A stretch of 63,912 bases of DNA, filler included, from Octopus bimaculoides (taxonomy: Eukaryota): assembly GCF_001194135.2 (NCBI RefSeq). It is 11 parts of 10 records of this genome, joined end to end, with 100 filler letters (N's around TTAATTAATTAA, not from the genome) between each part and the next. Parts side by side here need not be neighbours in the genome. Positions count along the whole stretch, not along the records: positions 45,537 to 55,651 come from NC_068983.1; positions 55,752 to 58,711 come from NC_069008.1; positions 58,812 to 60,908 come from NW_026367315.1; positions 61,009 to 63,912 come from NC_068990.1; 7 more parts are not named here. The stretch is one strand, 5' to 3'. The translations under genes and the position numbers were made by a program. Of the stretch, positions 48,491 through 62,050 are shown one piece after another. The number at the start of each line of letters is the position of its first letter. The stretch's first letter is position 1. The notes beneath the pieces are model-generated. The model was given only the letters and a program-made list of their open reading frames with translations, had not been told where the DNA came from and ran no database searches.

Positions 48491-48965
48491 TATATNNNNN
48501 NNNNNNNNNNNNNNNNNNNNNNNNNNNNNNNNNNNNNNNNNNNNNNNNNNNNNNNNNNNNNNNNNNNNNNNNNNNNNNNNNNNNNNNNNNNNNNNNNNNN
48601 NNNNNNNNNNNNNNNNNNNNNNNNNNNNNNNNNNNNNNNNNNNNNNNNNNNNNNNNNNNNNNNNNNNNNNNNNNNNNNNNNNNNNNNNNNNNNNNNNNNN
48701 NNNNNNNNNNNNNNNNNNNNNNNNNNNNNNNNNNNNNNNNNNNNNNNNNNNNNNNNNNNNNNNNNNNNNNNNNNNNNNNNNNNNNNNNNNNNNNNNNNNN
48801 NNNNNNNNNNNNNNNNNNNNNNNNNNNNNNNNNNNNNNNNNNNNNNNNNNNNNNNNNNNNNNNNNNNNNNNNNNNNNNNNNNNNNNNNNNNNNNNNNNNN
48901 NNNNNNNNNNNNNNNNNNNNNNNNNNNNNNNNNNNNNNNNNNNNNNNNNNNNNNNNNNNNNNNNN

Positions 48966-49000
<35 letters not shown>

Positions 49001-49977
49001 TTGTCTTTTTAATTTTTCGCTTTTCTCGTACTAAAGTTTCTCCCTCTCTCTATATATATACATTTACCACACTCCCTCTCGCTTTCTTTTAAAAGATATA
49101 ACTCATACTCTATGTAAGTGTGTGTGTGTGTGTGAATCTGTGTGTGAATCTGTGTGTGTCAGTCTGTGTGTATGCGTATGCATGGGGAATTTCCTCAGGG
49201 TGACTGAGTGATTTAAAATGTATTTTCTTTTATTCTTTTAGCTGTTTCAGTCATTTGACTGCGGCCATGCTGGAGCACTGCCTTTAGTCGAACAAATCGA
49301 TCGCAAGACTTGTTCTTTGTCAGCCTAGTACTTATTCTATCGGTCTCTTTTGCCGAACCGCTATTTTACAGGGATGTAAACACACCAACANNNNNNNNNN
49401 NNNNNNNNNNNNNNNNNNNNNNNNNNNNNNNNNNNNNNNNNNNNNNNNNNNNNNNNNNNNNNNNNNNNNNNNNNNNNNNNNNNNNNNNNNNNNNNNNNNN
49501 NNNNNNNNNNNNNNNNNNNNNNNNNNNNNNNNNNNNNNNNNNNNNNNNNNNNNNNNNNNNNNNNNNNNNNNNNNNNNNNNNNNNNNNNNNNNNNNNNNNN
49601 NNNNNNNNNNNNNNNNNNNNNNNNNNNNNNNNNNNNNNNNNNNNNNNNNNNNNNNNNNNNNNNNNNNNNNNNNNNNNNNNNNNNNNNNNNNNNNNNNNNN
49701 NNNNNNNNNNNNNNNNNNNNNNNNNNNNNNNNNNNNNNNNNNNNNNNNNNNNNNNNNNNNNNNNNNNNNNNNNNNNNNNNNNNNNNNNNNNNNNNNNNNN
49801 NNNNNNNNNNNNNNNNNNNNNNNNNNNNNNNNNNNNNNNNNNNNNNNNNNNNNNNNNNNNNNNNNNNNNNNNNNNNNNNNNNNNNNNNNNNNNNNNNNNN
49901 NNNNNNNNNNNNNNNNNNNNNNNNNNNNNNNNNNNNNNNNNNNNNNNNNNNNNNNNNNNNNNNNNNNNNNNNNNNNN

Positions 49978-50022
<45 letters not shown>

Positions 50023-50712
50023 AATACATACATACATATGAATATATACATACATGTACGCGCACATACACAGTGGCTTTGGGTAAAAGAAAATACAGTA
50101 AGATCAGTTAATTATAATTTTATTCAACATATTTCCCTCTCAGATTCACACACTTATTGCAGCAGTCCTTCAGTCTTCCTAAGCCCTGTGAAAGAAATCA
50201 AGAGGTTGGTCTACCAGTCAGGTCTACCAGTTGGTCTACCAGTCACCCTTCAACACAAGAACTCGTATGTAAATATATGCGCATGGATATATGCGATGAG
50301 GTGAATATCATAAATACCGTAGAATAGTTTCACAGAATCAACCGAGCATTTAGCATCAACCATGAAAGGATGAAAAAAGTCCTTACTCTGTATCCTCAAT
50401 CCTAAGGTGACTGATATCCAGTGTAAAGCCATAGCATACGATTGATTACAGATAGCTACGAACGTGCAAGACTAATTCCACAAACCCTTGTTTGTAAGAA
50501 GCACTATAACATAAAGAATAGCACACGTGTACCACACACACACACAAACACGCGCGCGCGCATATACATATCTTGCTACAATAAACTGTCATACCATTGT
50601 TTGACAATTTAACCTGTAAATTAGATATTAACTACTCACGAGCCAGTGATTTTCAGATGTATGATGTTTGCGTCTGCATGTGGATATGTATACTTTATTT
50701 ATCTATCTATCA

Positions 50713-50781
<69 letters not shown>

Positions 50782-52656
50782 ATAAAAATGTAAAAACACT
50801 GGCATGGTTTTGCCCATCAGCTTGAGCCAAACCTTCGATTACTTTAAAAAATCCTCGCGTGTGGTTTTATATCAATAGCCTATACATTGGTTAAGGGTAC
50901 ATTCTGTCAGTTTTTCGTGAATAAGTCGATGTTTAAGGAGAATTTATCTTTAACTTATACAAGTATTTTGGGATGCAATATTCTAGGATGAGACCATTAT
51001 TAATACTTCAGGAAATATATCCCTGATAAGAAGACATGAAATTGCAAAAGATTGTTTGAAATAATATAGGATTTCCAGAATATCTTCATGTGGCGTACAC
51101 AATCAGCACATTCAGAATATTAGATAAACTTCTAATATTGGTACAAATAGATAATAAGGCGAAAGAGTACAATGTTGCATTATGATTAAGACAGATTTGC
51201 GATGAAAAATTGTTTAAATCTGAACGCGCTTGTCAGAACATCTGAATTGAATGAAAACATCAAAATACTAGATATTAAAGAAATATCATCCGAAATTTGT
51301 TGGCAGAATCAAAGGAGTAATTGAACTGGAGGAGGTAATAAAGGAGTGATTGATCAGTGATCGGAAGATGTACACGCCGGATATAAAAGAACTTCAGTAC
51401 GTCGAGGTTCAGAAAGCAAATTGATATTCCTTTAATTTAGTATCGGGGTAGCAAAAAGATATTTTCAAATAATTAGACAGTTGATTAATACAAGTATTTG
51501 TTAACTCATTTAAGAAGTCCACTATGAGAGTTGGGTATACAATATGAATCTTCTTCCGTAATAAAATTAGAACTAAGCTTGAAGATAAATTTGTATTGTG
51601 GGAGTTGGTTGCAGAAATCGTTGTGAACGTGTCTGCTTTTATGTATGAAAAAAATAGGTAGACAATATAGTTGTTTGTGTGTATATTTAGAATTTGTTAG
51701 GAAATATGCAATTCTGGGTGGTGTTAAACAGGGTTTTTTTCTGTAGGTTTAAACATTGTATGATTATTTCATATGCTATAGTAAATCGCAGAATTCCCGC
51801 TTTTGTATATAGGAAGTGTAGAGAATAGAGCAATTTTTCGCTGCAGTGAATAGCTTTTAAAAGAGGTTGGTTGGAAGTAAGTCATACAACAAGGTGATGC
51901 ACTGTGATGAAATAGATGTTGCTTATTACGAAGTTTGATTCTCCATTTGAGACATTGGTTAATGATTCTCTACAACAGCTGATCGACCTTCTGGATTTAA
52001 CCGAAGAAAGTTTAGCAGACATAATTCTCGTTGACAATAGAGATATTCAAGATAATGAAACATTACCATAGAAACCCAAACTCTTTGTCATAAAATAATT
52101 CCTTGAATCTCTTAATAACATCATACATTAAAATATCAAACTGAAATTTCTGTTTAACAATAATATGAACACCATACAGATTCCAGGGGATTCATTAACA
52201 AGAATTTGCATTCTTCAAATCAATTAATCTCAACTCTGTTGCAGCTGCTAAAACTGTTGAGGATATTAGCACCACTTCATGTTGACTAAGTGGCCCCTCG
52301 GTCACCTCACACTTTTACAAGTGGGAAGAAGCTACAGAGGAACAATTATCTCTACTAACTTTTTATGTCAAATTATAACTTTTAACTCTTCTACCTCATC
52401 AATTTCATATTTCATGTAACACATGTCACACTTTACGGCCTCAAGTTTTACATTCTATAACGTGAAATATCTTTATACAATATATTTTCATGTTTTTATT
52501 ATTATTATAGAATACTGTGCAATTTTATAACTATTTCTCATATTCAACACAATAAAATGATATAATCTACAATACCAAGCACTACTAGTGAGTTAATTCG
52601 ACCGACGCCTAAACCGAACACACCTCTCTCTGTATAAGTAAGATTTAACAAGGTAT

Positions 52657-52728
<72 letters not shown>

Positions 52729-52732
<4 letters not shown>

Positions 52733-54645
52733 AACATTCTTTTACAATTTGGAAAGCAGTCAAGGATGCCAAACAGAACAAAACAAGTTTGAATGTGGTA
52801 TGGTTTGATCTAGCTAATGCATTTGGGTCAGTGCTACACGAATTGATGATGAGAGCCATAGATCACACTTCCACATACCGGAGTAGGTGAGAAAATTAAT
52901 GAAGAAATATGACAGTTTCGTGATGAGTCTTACATCTGAAAACTTCACAACAGGCTGGCACCGCCTGGAGAGACACATTGCTCCTGGCTGCACAATATCT
53001 GTCACATGGTTTATCCTAGTCGTGGAGATGATTTTGAAAGCGACAGACTTTTTCAGAACAAATGGCCCATATACAATCACCTAAGAAGGTTTTCATGGAT
53101 GACCTCACACTTCTGCCAATAAAATAACGGATCATGTAGAATGCCTTCTCAAGGCTAGGCGAGCTCATAAAGTGATCAAGGATGTGGTACAGAGCAAAAA
53201 GTCGCTCAGCATTACATTTAGTAGGGGAGTGCAAAAAAGAAAGAAGTGGAATTAAAATATCAGGAGAAAGCATTCCAAACAGTCAACAAAGAAGTTGTTA
53301 AGAGCTTGGGGCGTGTATGCACTAGAACAATGTCAGATAGGATCGCGGATTGCAGATTATGAAGCAAGCTGAGGAGGGACTAACAGTAACTGATGGTTCA
53401 AAGTTACTAATCAAGTATGAAATGTGATGTCTACACTTTGGCTTATATCCTCACCTTTCGTGGCCACTGTTAATATATACAAGGTGGCACTATCACAAAT
53501 TCAAATCATAGAGCAAAATACAAAGTCTTCATTAGAAAATAACTAGGTCTACTTCGGACATTGAAGCATTACCACAGGCACCAATCGTCGAAATTTATAA
53601 AGTAGAGAAGGTACGAACAGTGAGTGATGATTTTAAGAAGGTCGAAGAATACAGAAATCATGTGTAATTCGCCAGATGTAAAAAGAGCCCGGAGGTGGAA
53701 AATAAAAGCAGAAATTGATGATACCCTCTATTCACTTACACACCGAGATACGGTGGGTGCCATGTAAATTGATCGGAAAGCACTTAGATTTGGTTCAGCT
53801 TGGTTCAGGACGTTTTCAATTCTGACTTAGAGCGAACGCAGTTTTGTTGTTAGCAAAAGTGTCAAGGCCAGAGAAATAGAGGAAAGAGAACTTCATTTGA
53901 TTCAATGCTCTGAACAAGGACAGATAACAAGATAGGAAGAACATGTAATTAAGAGGAAAATAAGTTGGACTGAAATATGGAAGTGGAGTATCTCGTGTCT
54001 GTGGATTTTTCATTCGTTCATACTATAATGCTTTGTCGTCTCCTACAAACGATAGTTGGCTATCTTAGCGGATATTAATACCTAAATTACATGTATACAT
54101 CTCTACATGTATATATGTATCCCTATGTGTATGTGAGGTGGAACATATCAAAGAGTTTTAAATGTAGATACAGGAAAGCAAGAACATTGAAACAAAACAT
54201 TTCCAACTTTTCACTGGCATTGGATAGATATACCTGGAGACACAATCTGATTCTAAAGGCCCTCTTTAATGGTATGAAGAATCAAATTGTTCTAATCAAC
54301 AGTGGCAAGAAACCACAGGAGAAACCAGCCAGAGATTTCATTACCTTCGTTGCAAACAGCAGATCCCTTTGAAGAAGAATTTTTTTGTGAACGATGAACG
54401 GTGGAACGGTTATTGAGAGGTGGCTTCAGATTTACTATGGTGCCAAAGATTCTTCTCCAGTTACGAAAAACAAAGAAATTATAATATGATGTGAGAAAAA
54501 TAAGTAGCAAATCTAGTCCACTTAAGGATTCCTTGGGAAGGTAACAGGGACGCCACTCAGACTCAGAAGATCGATCGTTATAAGCATCTCTTCGAGGAAT
54601 GTGAAGGCGCAGGCTTAAAGCAGAACATTATCCAATTGAAGTTAA
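52729..54645 (+). mobile_element. Degenerate R2/Hero-like non-LTR retrotransposon (RT plus restriction-like endonuclease)
   Basis: VVWFDLANAFGSVLH, TTGWHRLE..IAPGCTISV, FMDDL (53092-53106), VKSLGR, RYTWRH (54226-54243), PIEV (54632-54643), in order, with many stops and frameshifts. Confidence 0.85.
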
Positions 54646-55189
54646 ATGTTAGAAGTTAGATATATGTATATATGTATATATATATATATATATATNNNNN
54701 NNNNNNNNNNNNNNNNNNNNNNNNNNNNNNNNNNNNNNNNNNNNNNNNNNNNNNNNNNNNNNNNNNNNNNNNNNNNNNNNNNNNNNNNNNNNNNNNNNNN
54801 NNNNNNNNNNNNNNNNNNNNNNNNNNNNNNNNNNNNNNNNNNNNNNNNNNNNNNNNNNNNNNNNNNNNNNNNNNNNNNNNNNNNNNNNNNNNNNNNNNNN
54901 NNNNNNNNNNNNNNNNNNNNNNNNNNNNNNNNNNNNNNNNNNNNNNNNNNNNNNNNNNNNNNNNNNNNNNNNNNNNNNNGAAACGTCATATTCTCTTTCT
55001 TTCCTTTCCCGAGCGTCCAGTAACACAATCTGTATCACGTCGTCACGTTGTTGTTTTTTGTCTTTGTCCTTTTTTGAACTCATATATATATGAGTGTCTT
55101 GGTGGTCTTGTGGGTAGAGACATTAGACAACCACATTGAACATCCTGGGCTAGGTTCAATCCTACCCAGTGCCTGCATTAAAGGGTCTT

Positions 55190-55651
55190 ACTAAAACCAG
55201 ACATTGACATGAAACTAGAATTTTCATGTCTACTGTGCAAGCCATAAGCCAGAAATATGTCCCAGAGCACAAGGCCAAAACAAGGGAGAGGAAGATCCTC
55301 ATGAGACGGCGGACGAAAGTTGCAAATCGACTTAACCAGCATCCCAAGAATGGCCAAAGGTCCCGCCTAAAAACGACACTGATGGAGATCGAAAAAAGGC
55401 TGCAACAATCCTATGTGAAGGAGAGAGCAGACAAAGAAGCCTGAGTTATAAAAAACATTAAGTCAAACCCAAAGGCCTTCTTTCATTACGCAAAAGAAAC
55501 AGCCTCAGTACGCTGCAAGATTGGACCCCTCTTCGAAAAGGATGGCTCCCTCACAGACAGTCCAACTAGGATCAGTGAGGTACTGAATGAGCAATTCAAA
55601 AGTGTCTTCACCACTCCGTTGGAGCACAGACAAGTGAACAAACCAGTGGAC
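55190..55651 (+). mobile_element. CR1/L2-type LINE ORF2 linker remnant
   Basis: IKNIKSNPKAFFHYAK...IGPL...SEVLNEQFKSVFT fits the pre-RT linker motifs of CR1/L2/Jockey-group elements; one in-frame stop; cut by a gap. Confidence 0.75.
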
Positions 55652-56587
55652 NNNNNNNNNNNNNNNNNNNNNNNNNNNNNNNNNNNNNNNNNNNNTTAAT
55701 TAATTAANNNNNNNNNNNNNNNNNNNNNNNNNNNNNNNNNNNNNNNNNNNNTGAGGGAAACGGGAAAAGGATTTGGTACAGATCTTTATTCATCCTGCAG
55801 CTGTCGTCCTTTACGGGTAGGATATTTTGCACTTCATGGGCCCGGGAACAGGGGGTGCAGGTGGTGCAAGTGCACCCCCTAGAATTTTTGCGGAGTGCAG
55901 AACCAAAATTTGCAGCCCTACTTATTTTACTCAGGTTTACAAAACCGTGAATAAAAAAGTGATGTGTAAAAAGTACCTTGAAGTTAGGTTCCTTCTCAAA
56001 GAACAAATCACAAAAATAAATAACAGAAAAAAAAAACAAGACCAAATTTGTAAAAAATTTTGGACCTGGGTTTGCACCCCCTAAGCAAATTTCGTTCCTG
56101 AGCCACTGTTGCACTTTGTTGCGTTGCATCAATCAATGCAGTCTGCATCTTCTCAAGGGCTTGTATAAAAGATATCCTATTACATATCCTGAGTAGGTAA
56201 TTGTGTGTATATTTATGGATGTATTTACATATATGTAGATGTTTCTGTGGCTGTCCTAATATTTGATATACTACTACCTGCTACCTGCTACCAAACCCTC
56301 ACAAGAGTAATAAATAGAGACAGACAGACAGAAAAAAGGAAAATGTCCCCTGCATTTAAAAACTATGGAAACATTTTTTTAAAACATTTCATTTAATTTT
56401 TCCACAATTTAATTGCTTTTCCTGCTTTACTCAAAGTTGAAAGAGTCGCAAAGAATGAAACCGGTCCTAAATTGTTCTTCATGGAAAAATTATTTTAGTA
56501 TTTTCTACCTTGTCTTATTTTCCTTATACATATCAACTCGTGTGTTCCTTTTCAACCTTCTACATATACATACATTCATACATGCAT

Positions 56588-56627
<40 letters not shown>

Positions 56628-56649
56628 ATACACACACACATATATATAT

Positions 56650-56840
56650 ATAGGGAGAATTCACAAAAAACAAAAGACGAAGATAAGTGGTGTAGACAAC
56701 AAACAGATGTATAAGTTTAACGCTCAGGAAGTGAAAAGTCTTTAACGTTTCGAGCCTACGCTCTTCCACAGAAAGGAATACAGAAAGAAGCAAGGAGAGA
56801 AAATAAAGAATGTGTAGTGGCTAGCGATCTATCTTGGCGA
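56650..56840 (-). mobile_element. Second copy of the hammerhead-like dispersed repeat
   Basis: Minus strand cttt-CTGTGGA-A-GAG-cgtagg-CTC-GAAA-CGTT-aaag at 56775-56740; body homologous to 35637-35825. Confidence 0.6.
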
Positions 56841-56849
56841 ATGATATAA

Positions 56850-57140
56850 ATATATATACTGCATATGTGGGAAATTCTGTCTGTGAGTGTGTTTGTTTGT
56901 GGAGTTGTTCGCTAACTCCTCCTACATCGTTTTATCGATTTTGATGAAACTTGATACGTGAGTAGAACTCATGTCTGGAAACCTCGTGACATACTTAGAT
57001 TATTGAAAAAAATTGATAATAGGGCCCCTGAAAGGGATACTTATTTCTTCTACTTGTAACTAATATATTTTATTTAAACACCCAAGGGAAATAACCCATT
57101 GCAGCTGCAATTACAATTGTTAGCTTTTAGCGAAGCGATC
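56850..57140 (+). mobile_element. Possible Helitron/Helentron-derived non-autonomous element
   Basis: ctgtctgtgagtgtgtttgtttgt followed by cgattttgatgaaacttg, a layout resembling HINE/DINE-like elements; recognised from memory only. Confidence 0.4.
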
Positions 57141-57979
57141 AATATTTGATTCTCACGATCAGTGGACCTAATTCTGCGTTTCACTACTCACAGTTTTGAA
57201 CTGCTAAACATTATTATTGCACTTTTTTGATTTGAATCTTAAACCTTAAAGACTTCATTCATACATTTATATACATACATACTTTTTTGCGCTTATATAT
57301 ACTACATTTTATATTAGCTTTAATAAATTAGCCTTCATAAAGTTCACCTTTAAAATGCCACGACGAGTAAGAGTACGAGTGGGTACTTCTACTTCACAAG
57401 CTGCTCTAATGCGACAACGGCGATCTCAAGTAAGTCTCCGATTAATTATATTTGATATTTATTAAATCAAACAATTATTCTTCGTCTATTCTACTTCAAT
57501 ATCTAAACAGTTATATACAGATTACTGTGATTTATTTAGACATTGCATTAATAGACATTTTTTCAACATCTCCAAATAACTAAATGCTGGCAATGCATGC
57601 AGAGTTTTCAATTAAATTTGATTACACTTTGAATGCCCGTAACTCCGATAATTCTGCATTTTTCTAGTTAAACTTTTTCGATGACAGTAGATAAATTTTT
57701 GATTCCAGAACGCAAGATAGAAATTTTGGAACAAAGNNNNNNNNNNNNNNNNNNNNNNNNNNNNNNNNNNNNNNNNNNNNNNNNNNNNNNNNNNNNNNNN
57801 NNNNNNNNNNNNNNNNNNNNNNNNNNNNNNNNNNNNNNNNNNNNNNNNNNNNNNNNNNNNNNNNNNNNNNNNNNNNNNNNNNNNNNNNNNNNNNNNNNNN
57901 NNNNNNNNNNNNNNNNNNNNNNNNNNNNNNNNNNNNNNNNNNNNNNNNNNNNNNNNNNNNNNNNNNNNNNNNNNNNNNN

Positions 57980-58025
<46 letters not shown>

Positions 58026-58339
58026 ATATATAGATATATAGGCGGGCTTCTTTCAGTCTCTGTCTAGCAAATCCACTCACAAGGCTTTGATCGGCTCGAG
58101 GCTATAGTAGAAGACACTTGCCCAAGGTGCCACGCAGTGGGACTGAACCAGGAACCGTGGTTGGGAAGCAAGCTTATTACCACACAGCAATTCCTGCGTT
58201 TGTATATATATGTATTTTTGTATGTCTGTCTATCTGTCCTTCCACCATCACTTCACAACCGATGCTGGTGTGTTTATGTCTTAGTGCTTCGGCAAAAGGA
58301 GCCGATAGAATAAGCAGTGGTCTTACAAAGAATAAGTTC

Positions 58340-58618
58340 ATGATTGTTACCATGTGATGCCTTTCTATGATTTTTAACCCGACCAAAACTTTCACACATT
58401 TTATTACACACTAGACAACTGCGCTGGCTGGCAGGAGAAACAGGTGCCATCATATGCACTCTCTTAACATGTCTTTTTAGACCTCCAACTGAGAGGCACA
58501 CCCTTCCACATTTTACACACGTTCTGTTATGAATTTTCATAGGTACATCATTGTTTATCATGGGTCGATTTCTATGAGAATTTTGATGGTTCACCAGGAC
58601 TGCACGACTCAAACAACT
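58340..58618 (-). other. Open segment encoding two complete and one partial C2H2-like zinc fingers
   Basis: SCLSRAVLVNHQNSH...CVKCGRVCLSVGGLKRHVKRVH...CLVCNKMCESFGRVKNHRKASH; no stops; preceded by a T-rich tract ending gaacAG; followed by a SINE tail. Confidence 0.55.
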
Positions 58619-61008
58619 CTGTTCAAAAACACATAAACACACGAGATAAGTACAGGACAAAATACCAAAACAAACAATAAGAACAGAACTTCAACAACAA
58701 ATGAAAAATACNNNNNNNNNNNNNNNNNNNNNNNNNNNNNNNNNNNNNNNNNNNNTTAATTAATTAANNNNNNNNNNNNNNNNNNNNNNNNNNNNNNNNN
58801 NNNNNNNNNNNGAGGCGACGGAAGGCCCGTAGGATCCTCCGACGAAGGGGTAGGGTGGCAATATATATATATGTATGTATACAACCTTCGACAGAGTAAC
58901 TGTCATGTATACAACTTAAACAGACACATATCAGTACATAAACATACGTTCACATGCACATACATAAGTACATACATACATACATACATACATACATACA
59001 TGCATACATGCGTAATGCATGCACGCATGTACACATATGTATATGCACATACATGCACACATACATACATACATACATACATACATACATACGTACATAT
59101 ATATCATGAACTAATTGTTATTTTCTCAGATGCAGCACGGAATTTTGTCACTGAACCGAAAATATTTTGGCAAATTAAATTTAAATGTTGAAGTGAATCT
59201 ATCGGTTTTTGTGTGTATTTAAATGGCTTATAAACACCTTCCGTGATGCAAATATATATATATATATAAAAATATATATATATATATATACGATAGGCTA
59301 CTTTCAGTTTACGTCTACCAAAACCATTCACAAGGCTTTTGTCGGCCCGAGGCTATAGTAGAAGACACCTGCCCAAGGTACCACGCAGTGGGACTGAACC
59401 CAGAACCATGTGGTTGGTAAGCAAGCTACTTACCACACAGCCACTTCTGCGCCATTAACAGCCAGTCCTGCGTCATTGTATATATATTTCGAAGTTCTTA
59501 TCACATCTTCGTTCTCTTCCTTTTCTACGCTATTCTCCTGAGCTGCGGAGTTCTAGTAAGACTCTGTGGGTTTCGGGGTTTCATTAGGACTTACGCGTCC
59601 ATTCTGAAATTAGCACCTTTCCTTAGATATTAAGCAGTATCCACAGTTACCTTTCCTTAAGCCTTCTTTGGCCTCCCTTCCATACTGTAACACAAAATCA
59701 TCACTAGCCAAGAGTTTACGTCGTGTCCAATATCTCTTATTATAACGATTGTTTTATTTTGGCCTATGTACTGGGCAGCAAATGTATAGTCCGGCAGTTT
59801 CAGTCTGTGTCTTTCATACAGTTTTTGTTTTAAATGTACAAGTAGTGCCATATTATTTTTTCTTTCTCAAACAAGATAACTTCTCTTGAGCTTTACAAAT
59901 TGACGTGAGAAATAATTTAATCCGATTTCATATATGACATATATAAAACTGTTTTATTCGCTCTCTCCTAGATTACTTCCTTTGACAAACAAGAAAATTG
60001 CAGCAAAGCTGCATGACAATGGTGTCAGACGTAGCATGCAGATCATCGTATAACTTGTTTGGTATGCACATTGCGTTTTAATTCTCCTCTTTCGTTTTAT
60101 TTTGACATGCGCATTGCGTTTTAATTCTCCGTTTTACGAATCAAGTGAGCACATGCACATTGCCTGTTCATACCTCTCTTTCCGGTCCCTACTCAAAACT
60201 GTTTACAGACAACAACCATCTCACGAGCCTACGGTCGCGAGAGCTCTTCGCGCTCCGATCGTTGTGAAAAGAAAATGTAGTCGGGTTTTAAAATATTCTT
60301 CCGACTATATTTCTTTCTCACTATCATAAGTCCAAAAATGCTATGTGTTCTCGTGACTAACACAAGGTATTGAGAACAGTACCCTGTTAGTCCTTACAGT
60401 TCTTTTTACGAATATTCCAAACATTTCATTTCATAATGCTTGAATACGAATAGTTCCAAGGTAGTATCAAAAAGAAAACTTCACACCACTTGACTCGAAT
60501 ATAACAATGACGATGATGACAATAATACTCATGATAATGAAAGTAATTGCAATAATTTTTTTCTGTTATCGGCAAAAGACCTGAAATTTGGAGAAGGCGG
60601 ACTAGTCTACTACATCGATCCCAGTGCTCATCTGGTACTTATTTTATCGACCCTAAAAGGGATGAAAGGCAAAATCGACCTCGGCGGAACTGGAACTCAG
60701 AATGTGAAGACGGACGGAATGTCGATAAGCATTTCGCTAACGAATCTGCCAGGTTGCCGCCTTAAAAAAAAATTAATTACAATAATAATACTTTTTTGGT
60801 TCCCTTGGAAACAAAAAATATCTTACAATTCACATCATTCAGTATAGGTTACAGAAACATGAAGAAACGTTATTTGTCTGTCTGTCTGTCTATGTATGTA
60901 TGTATGTANNNNNNNNNNNNNNNNNNNNNNNNNNNNNNNNNNNNNNNNNNNNTTAATTAATTAANNNNNNNNNNNNNNNNNNNNNNNNNNNNNNNNNNNN
61001 NNNNNNNN

Positions 61009-61069
<61 letters not shown>

Positions 61070-61376
61070 GTATATATATAAGCATATATATATGTATACA
61101 CAAAGACAGACAGACAGACACACACACAAATATGTATGTATGTATATATGTATGTATATATATGAACATATATGTCTATATTTCTCTCATTACATGCCAG
61201 TCAGTCCATCTGTCTTTTAAGGTGTGAGCACCAGTTTCGACATCATTGAATTGTAAGCTTGAAATTCCTGGAGAATATGCAAACACACTCAGTAATATGA
61301 ATATGTAGAAGTATTTATACAAAAACACACACATCCATGCACATAAACAGACATAAGCAGTTACTTATATACATTC

Positions 61377-61453
<77 letters not shown>

Positions 61454-61539
61454 AATATACATATGTAAAAGTCTGTGTGCATGCGTATGCGTGTGTGTGT
61501 ATGTTTATAATTGTATGAGTTGGCAGTATAAGTCATATA

Positions 61540-61706
61540 TTCTTGTTGTCTCTAGCTAGTTTAGTGACTGTCAGAAAAACGTCACATAATATTTTAGTAG
61601 CTCAGCAAATGTTAGTAAGTCATATTTCAATGATAACAGTGTACATGTGTGTATGTGTTTATGTGTATACATATATATATATATATATATATAAGTNNNN
61701 NNNNNN

Positions 61707-61750
<44 letters not shown>

Positions 61751-61933
61751 ACATTCATACATACATATATATATATATATATACACACATATATACATAC
61801 GTACTTATACACATACATATGTGTGCATACATATATATGTGCAAATATATATATATATATGAGTATGCATGTGTGCATATATATGTATATATATGCATAT
61901 ATATATATATATGAGTATGTATGTGTGCATATA

Positions 61934-62007
<74 letters not shown>

Positions 62008-62050
62008 GACAGAGAAATATGTATACACACACACACACACACATATGTGT
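61540..62050. repeat. Compound (TA)n/(TATG)n/(CA)n microsatellite
   Basis: Direct reading; source of IY-repeat ORFs. Confidence 0.95.

Noticed and set aside
50900-52250. Possible Penelope/LINE coding remnant
   Set aside because: Only faint motif echoes (e.g. ICFLNLDV on the minus strand); too degenerate to call by eye.
59570-59700. Minus-strand splice-like signals around YGREAKEGLRK
   Set aside because: The implied 29-nt intron is too short, all frames close quickly, and there is no homology.
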